A stretch of 64,000 nt of DNA, from NCBI GenBank assembly GCA_005889275.1, contig VBFI01000049.1, positions 7,214 through 71,213 of the forward strand. The letters run 5' to 3'. The notes under the pieces were generated by a model, which worked only from the letters and a program-made list of their open reading frames with translations, was not told where the DNA came from and made no database searches. Source of the DNA: Chloroflexota bacterium (lineage in GTDB: Bacteria > Chloroflexota > Limnocylindria > P2-11E). Below, in pieces: positions 27,038 to 36,230 of the stretch. The position numbers and the translations under genes were made by a program. How positions within the stretch are numbered: the first letter of the stretch is position 1; every line of letters begins with the position of its first letter.

Positions 27038-28155
27038 TCAGACCTCCGGTAAAAAGGCGTCTTCACTACCGTAGCGGGAACGTCCTTTCCGCGAATTCGG
27101 ACCCCGAGCGCGGTCCCCACCTTCGAGAGCGGCGTCGGGACGTAGGCGAGCGCGATGTTCCGGTCGACGGTCGGACCGTACGTGCCACTCGTCACCAGCC
27201 CGACGACCTCGCCGCCACTGGTGACCTCATGGCCATGGCGCGCGACCCCGCCTTCGACGACCAGGCCCGCGATCTTCCGTTTGGGGCCTTCGGCCTTCTT
27301 CGCCACGATCGCGTCGCGGCCGATGAAGTCCTTGTCCAGCTTGCACGTCCAACCGAGGCCGGCCTCGATCGGGTTCGTGGTCTCGTCGATGTCGTTGCCG
27401 TAGAGCGAGAAGCGCGCCTCCAGACGCAGTGTGTCGCGCGCCCCCAGGCCGATCGGCTTGAGCCCGGCGTCGCGTCCTGAAGCGAGCAGCGCGTCCCAGA
27501 CCGTGCTCGCGTCGTCGTTCGCCACGAAGATCTCGAATCCGTCTTCGCCCGTGTAGCCGGTCCGCGCGACGGTCGCGTTCACGACCCCGTGCCGATCGGG
27601 ATGGCCGAGGATGTGGCGCCGGGCGACTCCGAACGAGGCCAGTCCGCTCACAGCGGAACCCGTCTGGGCGTCCAGGATCTCCGCCGCGCGCGGCCCCTGC
27701 ACTGCGATGAGCGCCGTGGCGAGCGAGCGATCGTCGAACGCCGCGTCGTCGCCGAGCGACCGCAGGACGTGCGCGCGGTCCTTCGCGATGTTCGCCGCGT
27801 TCACGACCATGAGGAATTCCGTCTCGCCGGTGCGATACACGATCACGTCGTCCACGATCGTGCCGCCCTCGTTGCAGAGGAGGCCGTAGCGCGCCTCGCC
27901 GATCGCGAGTCCGGCGATGTCGCTCGAGACGAGGCGCTCGACGTCCGTCCGCGCGCCTTTCCCGGTGAAAAGGAATTCGCCCATGTGCGAGAGGTCGAAG
28001 AGGCCCGCGCGCGACCGCACGGTCCGGTGCTCGACGACGATGCCGTCGTACTGGATCGGCATCTCGTATCCGGCGAACGGGACCATCTTCGCGCCGAGCG
28101 CGACGTGCCGGTCATAGAGCGGGGTGCGCCGCAGCGTCGCCGCCTCGGTCGCCAT
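27034..28155 (-). CDS. gcvT: Glycine cleavage system T protein (aminomethyltransferase)
   Basis: [61 protein letters not shown]...; the 327 Arg-rich residues upstream in the track ORF are read-through. Confidence 0.88.
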   Translation of the reverse strand: MATEAATLRRTPLYDRHVALGAKMVPFAGYEMPIQYDGIVVEHRTVRSRAGLFDLSHMGEFLFTGKGARTDVERLVSSDIAGLAIGEARYGLLCNEGGTIVDDVIVYRTGETEFLMVVNAANIAKDRAHVLRSLGDDAAFDDRSLATALIAVQGPRAAEILDAQTGSAVSGLASFGVARRHILGHPDRHGVVNATVARTGYTGEDGFEIFVANDDASTVWDALLASGRDAGLKPIGLGARDTLRLEARFSLYGNDIDETTNPIEAGLGWTCKLDKDFIGRDAIVAKKAEGPKRKIAGLVVEGGVARHGHEVTSGGEVVGLVTSGTYGPTVDRNIALAYVPTPLSKVGTALGVRIRGKDVPATVVKTPFYRRSE

Positions 28156-28607
28156 CAGGCGGCCTCGCTCGCTGCGGCGAGGGCGCGGTCGAGGATGTCG
28201 CGGTAGGTGTCGAACGAGAGCAGCCGGCGGGCCTCGTCGGCCGGGACCCAGCGGACCTCGTCGTACTCGTGGTCGTGACGCGAGACGTCGCCGCCGGTCG
28301 GCTCCATCAGGAAGAAGTGGACGAACTTGTGGACGCGCTCGCCGGGCGCGGCGAACCAGTAGTCGGTCGTGCCGATCGGCGCGAGGATCCTCACCTTCAG
28401 GCCGGTCTCCTCCTCGACCTCGCGGAGCGCGGTGTCCTCGATCTCCTCGCCCTTGTCGGGCGTCCCCTTGGGAAAGACCCACGTGCCGTCCGAGTGACGA
28501 CCGGTGAGCACGACCTCGCGCTTGCCTTCGCGCTCGCGGACCACGACACCGCCGGCCGCGACCGCGTTGCGCACGCGGCCAGGGCGGCGGGAACGGATGC
28601 TCGGCAT
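28155..28607 (-). CDS. NUDIX hydrolase
   Basis: 150 aa, Nudix box GTWVFPKGTPDKGEEIEDTALREVEEETGL. Confidence 0.8.
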   Translation of the reverse strand: MPSIRSRRPGRVRNAVAAGGVVVREREGKREVVLTGRHSDGTWVFPKGTPDKGEEIEDTALREVEEETGLKVRILAPIGTTDYWFAAPGERVHKFVHFFLMEPTGGDVSRHDHEYDEVRWVPADEARRLLSFDTYRDILDRALAAASEAA

Positions 28608-28643
28608 CGGGTTTGAAGCCTCCCCGGAGTGTCGCGGTGGAGT

Positions 28644-29429
28644 CTAGAGGAGGCGGGTGTTGTTGATGACGAGCGCGAAATTGCAGTGAAGGAACTCGGC
28701 GGCGCGCCGCGAGAGCATCATGCGCGGCAGGAAGATCTCGAAGTACTCCATGATCGGCGAGACCTCGGTGTCGACCGCGAGCTCGAGGGTGATGAGCTTC
28801 TCCTTCCGGCTCACCTTGATCTCGGAGGCCGTGACCGCGTAGTTCACCCGGTCGTGGATGTCGAACGACGTCGACTTGGGGTTGCGCACGCGGCTGCGGT
28901 GCACGTCGCTCTTGTCCGCGATGATCACCGCCGCCGAGACCGCGCTCACCGGAAGCCCGCCCTCCGCCTCCTCGTGGTTCGCGACCGCGCCCATCACCGT
29001 CGCCACCTCGTCGAGCGGGAAGCCGAGGTCGAGGAGGATGTCCTTCGCGAGGAGCGCCCCGGTCTGCGCGTGCTTCTCGCGGGTCACCACGTTCCCCATG
29101 TCGTGGAGATACGCGGCGACGGCCGCGACCTCGCACCGGCGGGCGTCGTGGCCGAGCGATTTCAGGATGAAGCGTGCCCCGTCGGCGGAGGTGTTCGCGT
29201 GGCGCTCGCCGTGCTCGGTGTAGCCGATGGCCCCGGTTTGCTGGTTCGCCGAGCGGATGAAGACCTTGACGCGCTCGTCGCCCTTCACCACATCGAGCGT
29301 CGGCCCCTCGCGCCTGGCCTCGACGGGGGTGCGCGTCTTCGTCTCGGCGCGGTGCACCTTGACCCGCTCGTCGGGCGTCTTCGTGTTGTCCGGCCCGCCC
29401 GGTCGCGGCGCCTGAAGCGCGTCAGCCAT
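28644..29429 (-). CDS. HD-domain phosphohydrolase family protein
   Basis: 261 aa; ...HANTSADGARFILKSL...AAYLHDMGNVV... reads as an H...HD metal-binding pattern. Family level only. Confidence 0.55.
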   Translation of the reverse strand: MADALQAPRPGGPDNTKTPDERVKVHRAETKTRTPVEARREGPTLDVVKGDERVKVFIRSANQQTGAIGYTEHGERHANTSADGARFILKSLGHDARRCEVAAVAAYLHDMGNVVTREKHAQTGALLAKDILLDLGFPLDEVATVMGAVANHEEAEGGLPVSAVSAAVIIADKSDVHRSRVRNPKSTSFDIHDRVNYAVTASEIKVSRKEKLITLELAVDTEVSPIMEYFEIFLPRMMLSRRAAEFLHCNFALVINNTRLL

Positions 29430-29450
29430 CGGCGAAACTCTAATCCGCCG

Positions 29451-29873
29451 TCATTCGGCGTACGCCTTTTGCAGCCGCTCCGCGACCTGCTGCATCCAGC
29501 GCAGCTCGGTGAGTCCGGCGCGGCAGACCACCATGCCGCGCGTGAACGCGAGCCACGGCTTCAGCGTTCCGCCGAGCAGACCGAGCCAGGTCGCGCTCGT
29601 CGCGTCCACCTTCGGGCCGGGGCCCTTCGTGTCGGCGATCTCGGCGTGCAGGTTCCCATCCCCGGCCTGGAACTCCAGCGCGCGGCCGATGTCGGTGAAA
29701 CGGAGGAGCGCGCGACCCGCCTTCACGTCCTTCAGCGAGTCCCTCACGGTTCCGGTGGTGCTCGCCGCGGTGAGGATCCGCAGGACGATCTCGGGAACGT
29801 CGTTGCCCGAGCCGTCCGCCTTCGCACGCGCCTGCGCCTCGGCGAGCGCCGCCGAGAGCTCCTCCTTGGTCAC
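29451..29873 (-). CDS. SCP2 sterol-binding domain protein
   Basis: VTKEELSAALAEAQARAKADGSGNDVPEIVLRILTAASTTGTVRDSLKDVKAGRALLRFTDIGRALEFQAGDGNLHAEIADTKG...; GTG start overlaps the tsaD TGA (GTGA). Confidence 0.55.
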   Translation of the reverse strand: MTKEELSAALAEAQARAKADGSGNDVPEIVLRILTAASTTGTVRDSLKDVKAGRALLRFTDIGRALEFQAGDGNLHAEIADTKGPGPKVDATSATWLGLLGGTLKPWLAFTRGMVVCRAGLTELRWMQQVAERLQKAYAE

Positions 29874-30865
29874 GCGAGCTTGAGATCGCTGCGCACCGCG
29901 ACGGGGATCTCCGTCCCGCGGTGCCGCAGCGCGAAGAAGGCCGCGGCGCCGATCATCGCGCCGTTGTCGGTGCAAAGCGCCGGCGACGGGACCCGCAGCG
30001 GATGCCCGATGCGCCGCGCGATCTCCTCGCGCAGTGCGAGATTCGCGGCAACGCCGCCTCCGAGCAGCACCGTCTGCACCGCGTGCTCCGCGGCCGCGCG
30101 CGCCGTCTTCTCGGCGAGCATCTCGGTGATCGCTTTCTGGAAGGACGCGGCCACGTCCGCGACCGGGACCTCACCCTTCTTCTCGAGCTCGCGCACCAGT
30201 CGGAGGACGGCGGTCTTGAGGCCGCTGAACGAGAAGTCGAACCGGTCGGCCACCGCCGCCCGCGGCAGCGGGAACGCCTTCGGGTCGCCCGCTTTCGCGA
30301 CGCGCTCGATGATCGGCCCGCCGGGGAAGCCGAGATGGAGAAGCCGCGCGACCTTGTCGAAGGCCTCACCCGCCGCGTCATCGATGGTCCGACCGAGCGG
30401 ACGGAAGCGGCGGTGCGCCTCCATCAGCACGAGATCGCTGTGCGCTCCGGAGACCACGAGCACCACCGCCGGGAGCTCGGGCTCGGGCGTCGCCTCGCGC
30501 TCCTCGAGCCAGTTCGCGTAGACGTGTCCCTCGAGGTGATTCACACCGACGAAGGGCAGCCCCGCCGAGAGCGCGAGACCCCGCGCGTAGTTCGCGCCGA
30601 CGAGGAGGCACCCGATGAGCCCGGGGCCGACGGTCGCCGCGATCGCGTCGATCTCGGTGAGCTGGCAGCCGGCGTCGCCGAGAGCCTTCTCGGTCAGCGC
30701 GTCGATCGCGCGCAGATGCTCGCGTGCCGCCACCTCCGGAACGATGCCGCCCGTGTCCTGGTGCACGAGCTGTGAGGCGACGATGTTCGAGCGGATCCGC
30801 CTGCCGTCCTCGACGATCGCGACGCCGGTCTCGTCGCACGAGGTCTCGATCGCGAGGATCCTTAT
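29870..30865 (-). CDS. tsaD: tRNA N6-adenosine threonylcarbamoyltransferase TsaD (Kae1/YgjD); start codon unclear
   Basis: (I)RILAIETSCDETGVAIVEDGRRIRSNIVASQLVHQDTGGIVPEVAAREH...GVNHLEGH.... The family-consistent first codon is ATA at 30865-30863, overlapping the rimI TAA. Confidence 0.8.
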   Translation of the reverse strand: MRILAIETSCDETGVAIVEDGRRIRSNIVASQLVHQDTGGIVPEVAAREHLRAIDALTEKALGDAGCQLTEIDAIAATVGPGLIGCLLVGANYARGLALSAGLPFVGVNHLEGHVYANWLEEREATPEPELPAVVLVVSGAHSDLVLMEAHRRFRPLGRTIDDAAGEAFDKVARLLHLGFPGGPIIERVAKAGDPKAFPLPRAAVADRFDFSFSGLKTAVLRLVRELEKKGEVPVADVAASFQKAITEMLAEKTARAAAEHAVQTVLLGGGVAANLALREEIARRIGHPLRVPSPALCTDNGAMIGAAAFFALRHRGTEIPVAVRSDLKLA

Positions 30866-31380
30866 GGCTCGCTCTCCAGCGCGCTCTTGAGCTTCGCGAG
30901 ACGATCGCGCACCGGACGGTCGCGAAGACGCTCCGTCCACATGATGAGCGCGTCCTCGTTGTTGTCGGAGTAGTACCGGCGGCGCACGCCGGCGCGCCGG
31001 AACCCGTACTTCTCGTAGAGCTTCTGCGCCGCGAGGTTGGACGCGCGCACCTCGAGCGTGAGCCACTCCGCGTTGAGCGCCGCGGCCATCTCGAAGATCC
31101 GCACGAGCAGGCGCTCGCCGATCCGACGGCGCCGACTGTCGGGATGGACCGCGAAGGTCGTGATGTGCGCCTCGTCGACCATGAGCCAGAGGCCCGCGTA
31201 CCCGACGACGTGGTCGCCCTCGCGCGCGACGAGGTACCGCGCGTTCTTGTTCTGGGTGAGCTCGTGGCGGAACGCGTTCACCGGCCACGGAACCGGGAAC
31301 GACGCGCGCTCGACCTCCTGGACCGCGGCGACGTCGTCGAGGGTCATGTCCTCGATGACGATCGGAAAGGTGGCGACCAT
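30862..31380 (-). CDS. rimI: Ribosomal-protein-alanine N-acetyltransferase RimI (GNAT)
   Basis: 172 aa, ...RRRRIGERLLVRIFEMAAALNAEWLTLEVRASNLAAQKLYEKYGF.... Confidence 0.8.
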   Translation of the reverse strand: MVATFPIVIEDMTLDDVAAVQEVERASFPVPWPVNAFRHELTQNKNARYLVAREGDHVVGYAGLWLMVDEAHITTFAVHPDSRRRRIGERLLVRIFEMAAALNAEWLTLEVRASNLAAQKLYEKYGFRRAGVRRRYYSDNNEDALIMWTERLRDRPVRDRLAKLKSALESEP

Positions 31381-31391
31381 CTCCTCTGACT

Positions 31392-32126
31392 TTAGCTGCG
31401 CTTGGGCAGACCGAGCGCGCGTTCATCGGTGGGCGGCGGCGCGAAGGGCTGGTCGAACGACACGCGGATGGACGGCTGGCGGACGTACAGCGGCTCGATC
31501 TCGGCCATCTTCACCTGTTTTGTCGACTCGAGCTCCTTCCATCCGAGCTCGGCGAGGTAGCCCGCTCGCCGCATGCGCGATGCCGGTGACGCGAAGATTG
31601 CATTCGGGCCGAGGAGATCGCGAAGGGTCGTCTCGACCTCGGCATCGAGCTCGCCGACGAAGAGCGTGTGCGTGCCGATCTGCCGGGAGAGCTCGGGGAG
31701 CGTCGCGACGATGAACGGGGAGCGGCGCTGCCACTTTCGGTTGCGCTCCTGATAGAAGGCCGCGTAGTACTGGTCGCGACCGGCCGGGAGGAGCGGGCAC
31801 GTGCGCAGCTTCGAGGGCGCGTGCGGGTACGCGAGCACGTCGAGCGTGGAGATGCCCACGAGCGAGGCGCCGCTCCCGCGCGCGATCCCCTGCCCGGCCG
31901 CGATGGCGACGCGCAACCCCGTGAACGAGCCGGGGCCGGTCGCGACCGCGATCCGGTCTACCGACGCGAGGGCGGTGCGCGTCGACAGCAAGAGGCGCTC
32001 GATCGCCCCAAAGAGCTCGTCGCCGTGCCTGCGTTGCGCGCGCCAGGTCTCCTCGCCGAGGACGTCGCGACCGTCGAAGAGCGCGACCGAGGCCCACTCG
32101 GTCGAGGTGTCAAGCGCCAACAACAC
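31392..32126 (-). CDS. tsaB: tRNA threonylcarbamoyladenosine biosynthesis protein TsaB (YeaZ)
   Basis: MLLALDTSTEWASVALFDGRDVLGE...IAVATGPGSFTGLRVAIAAGQG.... Confidence 0.85.
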   Translation of the reverse strand: MLLALDTSTEWASVALFDGRDVLGEETWRAQRRHGDELFGAIERLLLSTRTALASVDRIAVATGPGSFTGLRVAIAAGQGIARGSGASLVGISTLDVLAYPHAPSKLRTCPLLPAGRDQYYAAFYQERNRKWQRRSPFIVATLPELSRQIGTHTLFVGELDAEVETTLRDLLGPNAIFASPASRMRRAGYLAELGWKELESTKQVKMAEIEPLYVRQPSIRVSFDQPFAPPPTDERALGLPKRS

Positions 32127-32607
32127 TCGTGCGAAGCTCCCCCACGAGCGCGGCGGATCGCGGCCCGGTCGCCTCGATGACGACCCGCCGTTTGGTGTCC
32201 GCGATGGGCTCGAGCCGGATGTCGAGGCGGTCGTCGGGCAGCGCCGCGCCGGCTCGGTCAGGCCACTCGATGACCGTCACTCCGCCCGCCTCGAGACACT
32301 CCTCCCACCCGGTGTTCGTGAGGTCGGCGCCTTCGAGGCGGTAGAGATCGATGTGAAAGAAGGGCAGACGACCGCCGAAGCTCTCGCGAAGGATGATGAA
32401 CGTCGGGCTCGCCACGTCGCTGGCGTCGATCCCGAGGCCGATCGCGACCCCCCGCGCGAGCACGGTCTTCCCGGCTCCGAGCTCACCCCAGAGCGCGAAC
32501 ACGTCGTTCGGCCGGGCCGACCGCCCGAGCCGCTCCCCGAGCCGCTCGGTGTGGAGCGAGGAGTGGCTCACCAGATCGAGCGCCGGTCGCTCACGCGGAT
32601 CGGCCAC
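32110..32607 (-). CDS. tsaE: tRNA threonylcarbamoyladenosine biosynthesis ATPase TsaE (YjeE)
   Basis: ...ERLGERLGRSARPNDVFALWGELGAGKTVLARGVAIGLG...; GTG at 32607-32605. The N-terminal part of the track ORF is read-through. Confidence 0.75.
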   Translation of the reverse strand: MADPRERPALDLVSHSSLHTERLGERLGRSARPNDVFALWGELGAGKTVLARGVAIGLGIDASDVASPTFIILRESFGGRLPFFHIDLYRLEGADLTNTGWEECLEAGGVTVIEWPDRAGAALPDDRLDIRLEPIADTKRRVVIEATGPRSAALVGELRTSVVGA

Positions 32608-32938
32608 TCGCCGCTCCTCTCTGAAATTTGCGGCGCTCAAGGACGAGCCGAATCGTAATGCCGAGGAACGACCCGAAGAGCGCGGCCCAGATGGCCAGCC
32701 AGATCTCCTGCGGGACCGCGCAGAAGAGCGCGATGCCGCCGTTGCAGCCGAGCGCTCCGGCGAGCGGTATGAATCCAAGCGCGCCGACGATGGTCCGCCG
32801 CCGGTTCAGCGACCGCTGCTGCGATGCGAACGCCTCTCGTCGCTTCTCGCCGGCGCGCGATGCGCGCTTCTCTTCGCGGCCCTGCCGATCTTCGCCATCG
32901 GTCTGGGGCCGGTCCCGCCGGCGGCGCCGTCGTGCCAC
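32591..32938 (-). CDS. Small hypothetical membrane protein (two TM helices); start uncertain
   Basis: C-terminal 70 aa: IVGALGFIPLAGALGCNGGIALFCAVPQEIWLAIWAALFGSFLGITIRLVLERRKF. The Arg-rich N-terminus is probably not translated. Confidence 0.35.
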   Translation of the reverse strand: MARRRRRRDRPQTDGEDRQGREEKRASRAGEKRREAFASQQRSLNRRRTIVGALGFIPLAGALGCNGGIALFCAVPQEIWLAIWAALFGSFLGITIRLVLERRKFQRGAASGRSA

Positions 32939-32947
32939 CTCGCGAGG

Positions 32948-35104
32948 CTAGCGCGGCTCGTCGACGCGACGAACGTTGGCCGCCGGAAAGACCTCATCGG
33001 CGCAGCGCACCGCTTGGGCGCGGACGCCGCTCGCGAACTCCGCCTCGCCGGCCGCCGCGCAGTCCGCCGTGACGACACGAACGCCGCCGTAGTCCGCCGC
33101 GATGGCGATCGACGGCGCGGTCGTCGCGGTCTCGATCGCGTCGGATGGCGCGAAGACGAAGAGCCGCGCCGTGGCGGTGTGGATCGCGGCACGCGAACCG
33201 GCGAGCGCTTTCAGCGGGCCGAAGAGCTCGCGCGGAAGCGCAGCCGCGCCGAAGCCGATCAGGGAGAGGACGGTCGGCCGATCCTCCCGGGTCGCGAAGC
33301 CGCCGATCAAGGCACCGTCGTCGTACACCACGCGCAGCCCCGCCGCGGGCACGGCGCCGCCGACGATCCCCGCGATGCCGCACGCGTGCGCCCGGGTCAG
33401 CGCCTCCGCGGAGACGCGAGCGCCGCCGATGACGATCCGGCCTCCGATGCGCACGTCCAGGCGTCCCGGCGAAAGCTCTCCGCTCGGCGAGTCGACAGCG
33501 AGAAGGAGCTCGCCGACCGCATCCGGACCGTAGGCGGCGAAGCCGCCCAGCCCCCACGCCGACCCCTCGACGGTGACGACCGCGTCGTCCGAGCGGGTCA
33601 CCGAGCCGTCGAGCGTCGAGCGGATGACCCATCGGCCGACCACCGGAGCGAGGTACAGGTCACCGTCGGCGGTGATCTGCAGGACCCGGCCGTCGTGCGG
33701 CGCCGTGACCGCCCGGGCGAACCGCCGTCCCGTCCGCGCGATGACCGTCCGCGCGGGGATCTCCGCGCCGACCGGGACGCGCAGCACCCGGTCGAGATCG
33801 TCCGGCTCGAGTCCGAGGCGGCGCGCGCCGCTGAGCCGCGTCGGCGTGGCGAGCATCAACCCGGCGGCGATGACGTCACCCGCATTGACACGATCTCCGA
33901 CCGGCGCCCGCTCGACGCGGCCGATCGGCAGCGGGTGATCGGCCGACCAGGTCGCGTACCGCCAGCCCACTACGGGTGCTTCCCGGGGAACGCACCCGCG
34001 CTTTGGTGCCACCGGACGAGGACCGGCAGTCGTTCGGCGTCGCGATGCGGCAACGGCAGCGAGCTTCGCCGCGCGTCGTCCCCAGACCGTGACGACGAGT
34101 CCGAGACGCTCGGCGCGTCCGTCGTCAGGCTCGCGCCAGACCGTGACCACGCCGGTCGGCTGAAGCCCATCGACGAGGACGAGGAGTGTCTCCGCGGGCC
34201 GAGGGAACCCCGCGGCGCGGCCGGTCACGAGCATGTTCGGCGCGGCCCGCAGCTCGGAGACGTCGATGCTCGCGCGCTCCGCCGCCCGGACCGCCGCGGC
34301 GATCGTCTCACGCGCGACGGCCATCTCGATCGCGAGCGCGAGCTCGCTCGCGGGAAGGGCGCCGGGCCATCGCGCGCGGTTGTAGATCCGTTCGAGCAGC
34401 GCGGGCGCGTCGATGGGCCAGGGCAGCCAGCGGCGCACGCCGTCGGCGCCGACCTCGGCGAGGATGCGATCGACGGACGCGCCGATCCCGGCTCGCGTGA
34501 GATGAACCGACTCGATCCCGCCGACCGCACGCGCGAGCACGCACGAGGTGGTCGTCTCGGTGACGTCGACGACCAGCCCGCTTGAGCCCGTCGACGCCAC
34601 GAGCGCTCGTGCCGCGTCCTCGACGAGCTCGTCGCGGAGCGCGGCGTCCGGCTGGGCCGACCGGCGGAGTGCCCGGAGCGCGACGAGCGCGGCCGTCGCG
34701 TCGGCGTGGACGTCCAGGACGAAGGGGTTCGCCGCCGGTCGCAGCCGCTCGCCGACGCGGGCGTCCGCGACGACATGCACCGTCGGCCGCGGCCGCTGGA
34801 ACGCGCATCCGAGGCGGAGCGCCTCGAGCGCCACGGCGACGCGCCGAACGTCCCGTCCGTCGCAGGCGATGAGGACCGCGTCGGGCGACGCGTCGCGAAA
34901 CGCCTGCGCGATCTCGACGAGCGAGCCCCGGTCGTCGGCCGCGACGGCGAGGACGGCGTCAAGCGACGCCGCGAGGGCGATGCGGGAAAGAAGGACGCGG
35001 TGCCGCGCGTCCCGCCCGTAGACCAGCGCGACACGAAGGTGCCTCGCGAGGCCGACGACGCTCGGCTCGACCGGGGTCTCTGGCTCCCCGGTCGAGACGG
35101 TCAC
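32948..35104 (-). CDS. Large uncharacterized protein (about 718 aa); a possible actin-like ATPase segment and a barrel-sandwich hybrid-like segment; family not recognized
   Basis: GTG start at 35104-35102 overlaps the C26 amidotransferase TGA (GTGA). Motifs: ...TGSSGLVVDVTETTTSCVLARAVGGIESVHLTRAGIG... and ...PVGDRVNAGDVIAAGLMLATP...HDGRVLQITADGDLYLAPVVGRWVI.... Confidence 0.5.
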   Translation of the reverse strand: MTVSTGEPETPVEPSVVGLARHLRVALVYGRDARHRVLLSRIALAASLDAVLAVAADDRGSLVEIAQAFRDASPDAVLIACDGRDVRRVAVALEALRLGCAFQRPRPTVHVVADARVGERLRPAANPFVLDVHADATAALVALRALRRSAQPDAALRDELVEDAARALVASTGSSGLVVDVTETTTSCVLARAVGGIESVHLTRAGIGASVDRILAEVGADGVRRWLPWPIDAPALLERIYNRARWPGALPASELALAIEMAVARETIAAAVRAAERASIDVSELRAAPNMLVTGRAAGFPRPAETLLVLVDGLQPTGVVTVWREPDDGRAERLGLVVTVWGRRAAKLAAVAASRRRTTAGPRPVAPKRGCVPREAPVVGWRYATWSADHPLPIGRVERAPVGDRVNAGDVIAAGLMLATPTRLSGARRLGLEPDDLDRVLRVPVGAEIPARTVIARTGRRFARAVTAPHDGRVLQITADGDLYLAPVVGRWVIRSTLDGSVTRSDDAVVTVEGSAWGLGGFAAYGPDAVGELLLAVDSPSGELSPGRLDVRIGGRIVIGGARVSAEALTRAHACGIAGIVGGAVPAAGLRVVYDDGALIGGFATREDRPTVLSLIGFGAAALPRELFGPLKALAGSRAAIHTATARLFVFAPSDAIETATTAPSIAIAADYGGVRVVTADCAAAGEAEFASGVRAQAVRCADEVFPAANVRRVDEPR

Positions 35105-35808
35105 CGTGCCGAGGCCGTGGTGCGCGCGGCCGCCGCGACGAAGGCGTCGAAGATGCGGCGTGCCTCGGGCGAGACCTCGGCGGTCCGCTCGGGATGCCAC
35201 TGGACGCCGAGGACCCAGCGCTGATCCGTCGCCTCGAACGCCTCGACGAGTCCGCCGACCGCGGCCGTCGGGACAAGACCACGTCCGAGGAGCTCCTCGG
35301 TCACGGCCTGGTGGTGCCGCGAGTTCACGTCGAGCCGCTCGCTCCCGCAGGCTTCGGCGAGCTTCGAGCCGCTCCTCACGATCACCTCGCGATGGGCGCG
35401 GACGCCTCCCGGGTCGTCGGGCTCGTGGTCGTCGACGTGCAGAACGAGCTTTCCGCCGCGCGCCACGTTCAGGACCTGGAAGCCACGGCAGATGCCGAGG
35501 ACCGGAAGGTCCCGAGCGAACGCGCGCGTCGCCGCGTCGAGCTCCAGCTCGTCACGGGGCGGATCGGGCTCCTTCGCGAGGTGGCCCGGATCGGACTCGC
35601 CGTAGCGGCCCGGCGCGATGTCCGGCCCGCCCGCGATGCAGAGGGCGTCGACGTCAGCGGGAAGCTCGTCGCCGGGCTCGACGACCACGACCTCGGCGCC
35701 GGCCCGCTCGAGGGCGTCGACGTAGCTCCGGCGCGACGCGAGTGAGCGCGCGGTGGTGGCTTTTCCGATCGTGAGGGCGACGCGCGGCCTTCGCTCCACC
35801 TCCGTCAT
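35101..35808 (-). CDS. Class I glutamine amidotransferase-like / gamma-glutamyl hydrolase (peptidase C26, PuuD-like)
   Basis: ...DALCIAGGPDIAPGRYGE...LPVLGICRGFQVLNVARGGKLVLHV...GVQWHPER... (Cys-His catalytic pair). Confidence 0.75.
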   Translation of the reverse strand: MTEVERRPRVALTIGKATTARSLASRRSYVDALERAGAEVVVVEPGDELPADVDALCIAGGPDIAPGRYGESDPGHLAKEPDPPRDELELDAATRAFARDLPVLGICRGFQVLNVARGGKLVLHVDDHEPDDPGGVRAHREVIVRSGSKLAEACGSERLDVNSRHHQAVTEELLGRGLVPTAAVGGLVEAFEATDQRWVLGVQWHPERTAEVSPEARRIFDAFVAAAARTTASAR

Positions 35809-36230
35809 GGTATCGGCGCGCGAAGGCTCGCGCGGTCGATGAGCTCGACGAGGACGCCACCCGATGCGCGAGGATGCAGGAAGGCCACGTCGCCCTCGGC
35901 TCCGCGGCGCGGCGCGCGGTCGATGAGCTCGACACCGTCGCGCGCCAGGCGGGCCAGCGTTCCGTTCAGGTCGTCCACGACGTAGCAGATGTGGTGGAGC
36001 GTCGGCCTCCCGCGCTCGGCGACGAAACGGCCCACGCCGCTTTCGGCGTCGAGCGGCTGCACGAGCTCGATGCGCTGGCCGCCGTCGCCGATGAAGATCA
36101 CGCGCACGCGCTGATCCGGGATCTCACGGATTTCGCCGCCGGCGAGGCCGAGCGTCTCGCGGAAGAACGGAAGCGCGTCCTCGATCCGCGGCACGGCGAT
36201 GGCGACGTGATGGATCGCGCCGAGCTTCAC
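35805..36230 (-). CDS. mce: Methylmalonyl-CoA epimerase (VOC/glyoxalase family)
   Basis: 141 aa, [28 protein letters not shown]...[13 protein letters not shown]...[14 protein letters not shown]. Confidence 0.75.
   Translation of the reverse strand: MKLGAIHHVAIAVPRIEDALPFFRETLGLAGGEIREIPDQRVRVIFIGDGGQRIELVQPLDAESGVGRFVAERGRPTLHHICYVVDDLNGTLARLARDGVELIDRAPRRGAEGDVAFLHPRASGGVLVELIDRASLRAPIP

Noticed and set aside
28608-28643. Glycine riboswitch expected upstream of gcvT
   Set aside because: gcvT is preceded directly by a NUDIX gene with a 1-nt overlap. The nearest spacer is 36 nt, too short for an aptamer. No GGAGAG/ACCGAAGG cores seen.
28156-29136. Arg/Pro/Gly-rich 327-residue N-terminal extension of the gcvT track ORF (700 aa); similar extensions on the sigma, NlpC/P60, gcvPA, gcvPB, SBP3, SBP4, tsaE and mutase-2 track ORFs
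   Set aside because: These arise from absence of stop codons in GC-rich sequence. Family-consistent N-termini and ATGA/GTGA junctions define the shorter genes used here. The extensions overlap the real NUDIX and other genes.
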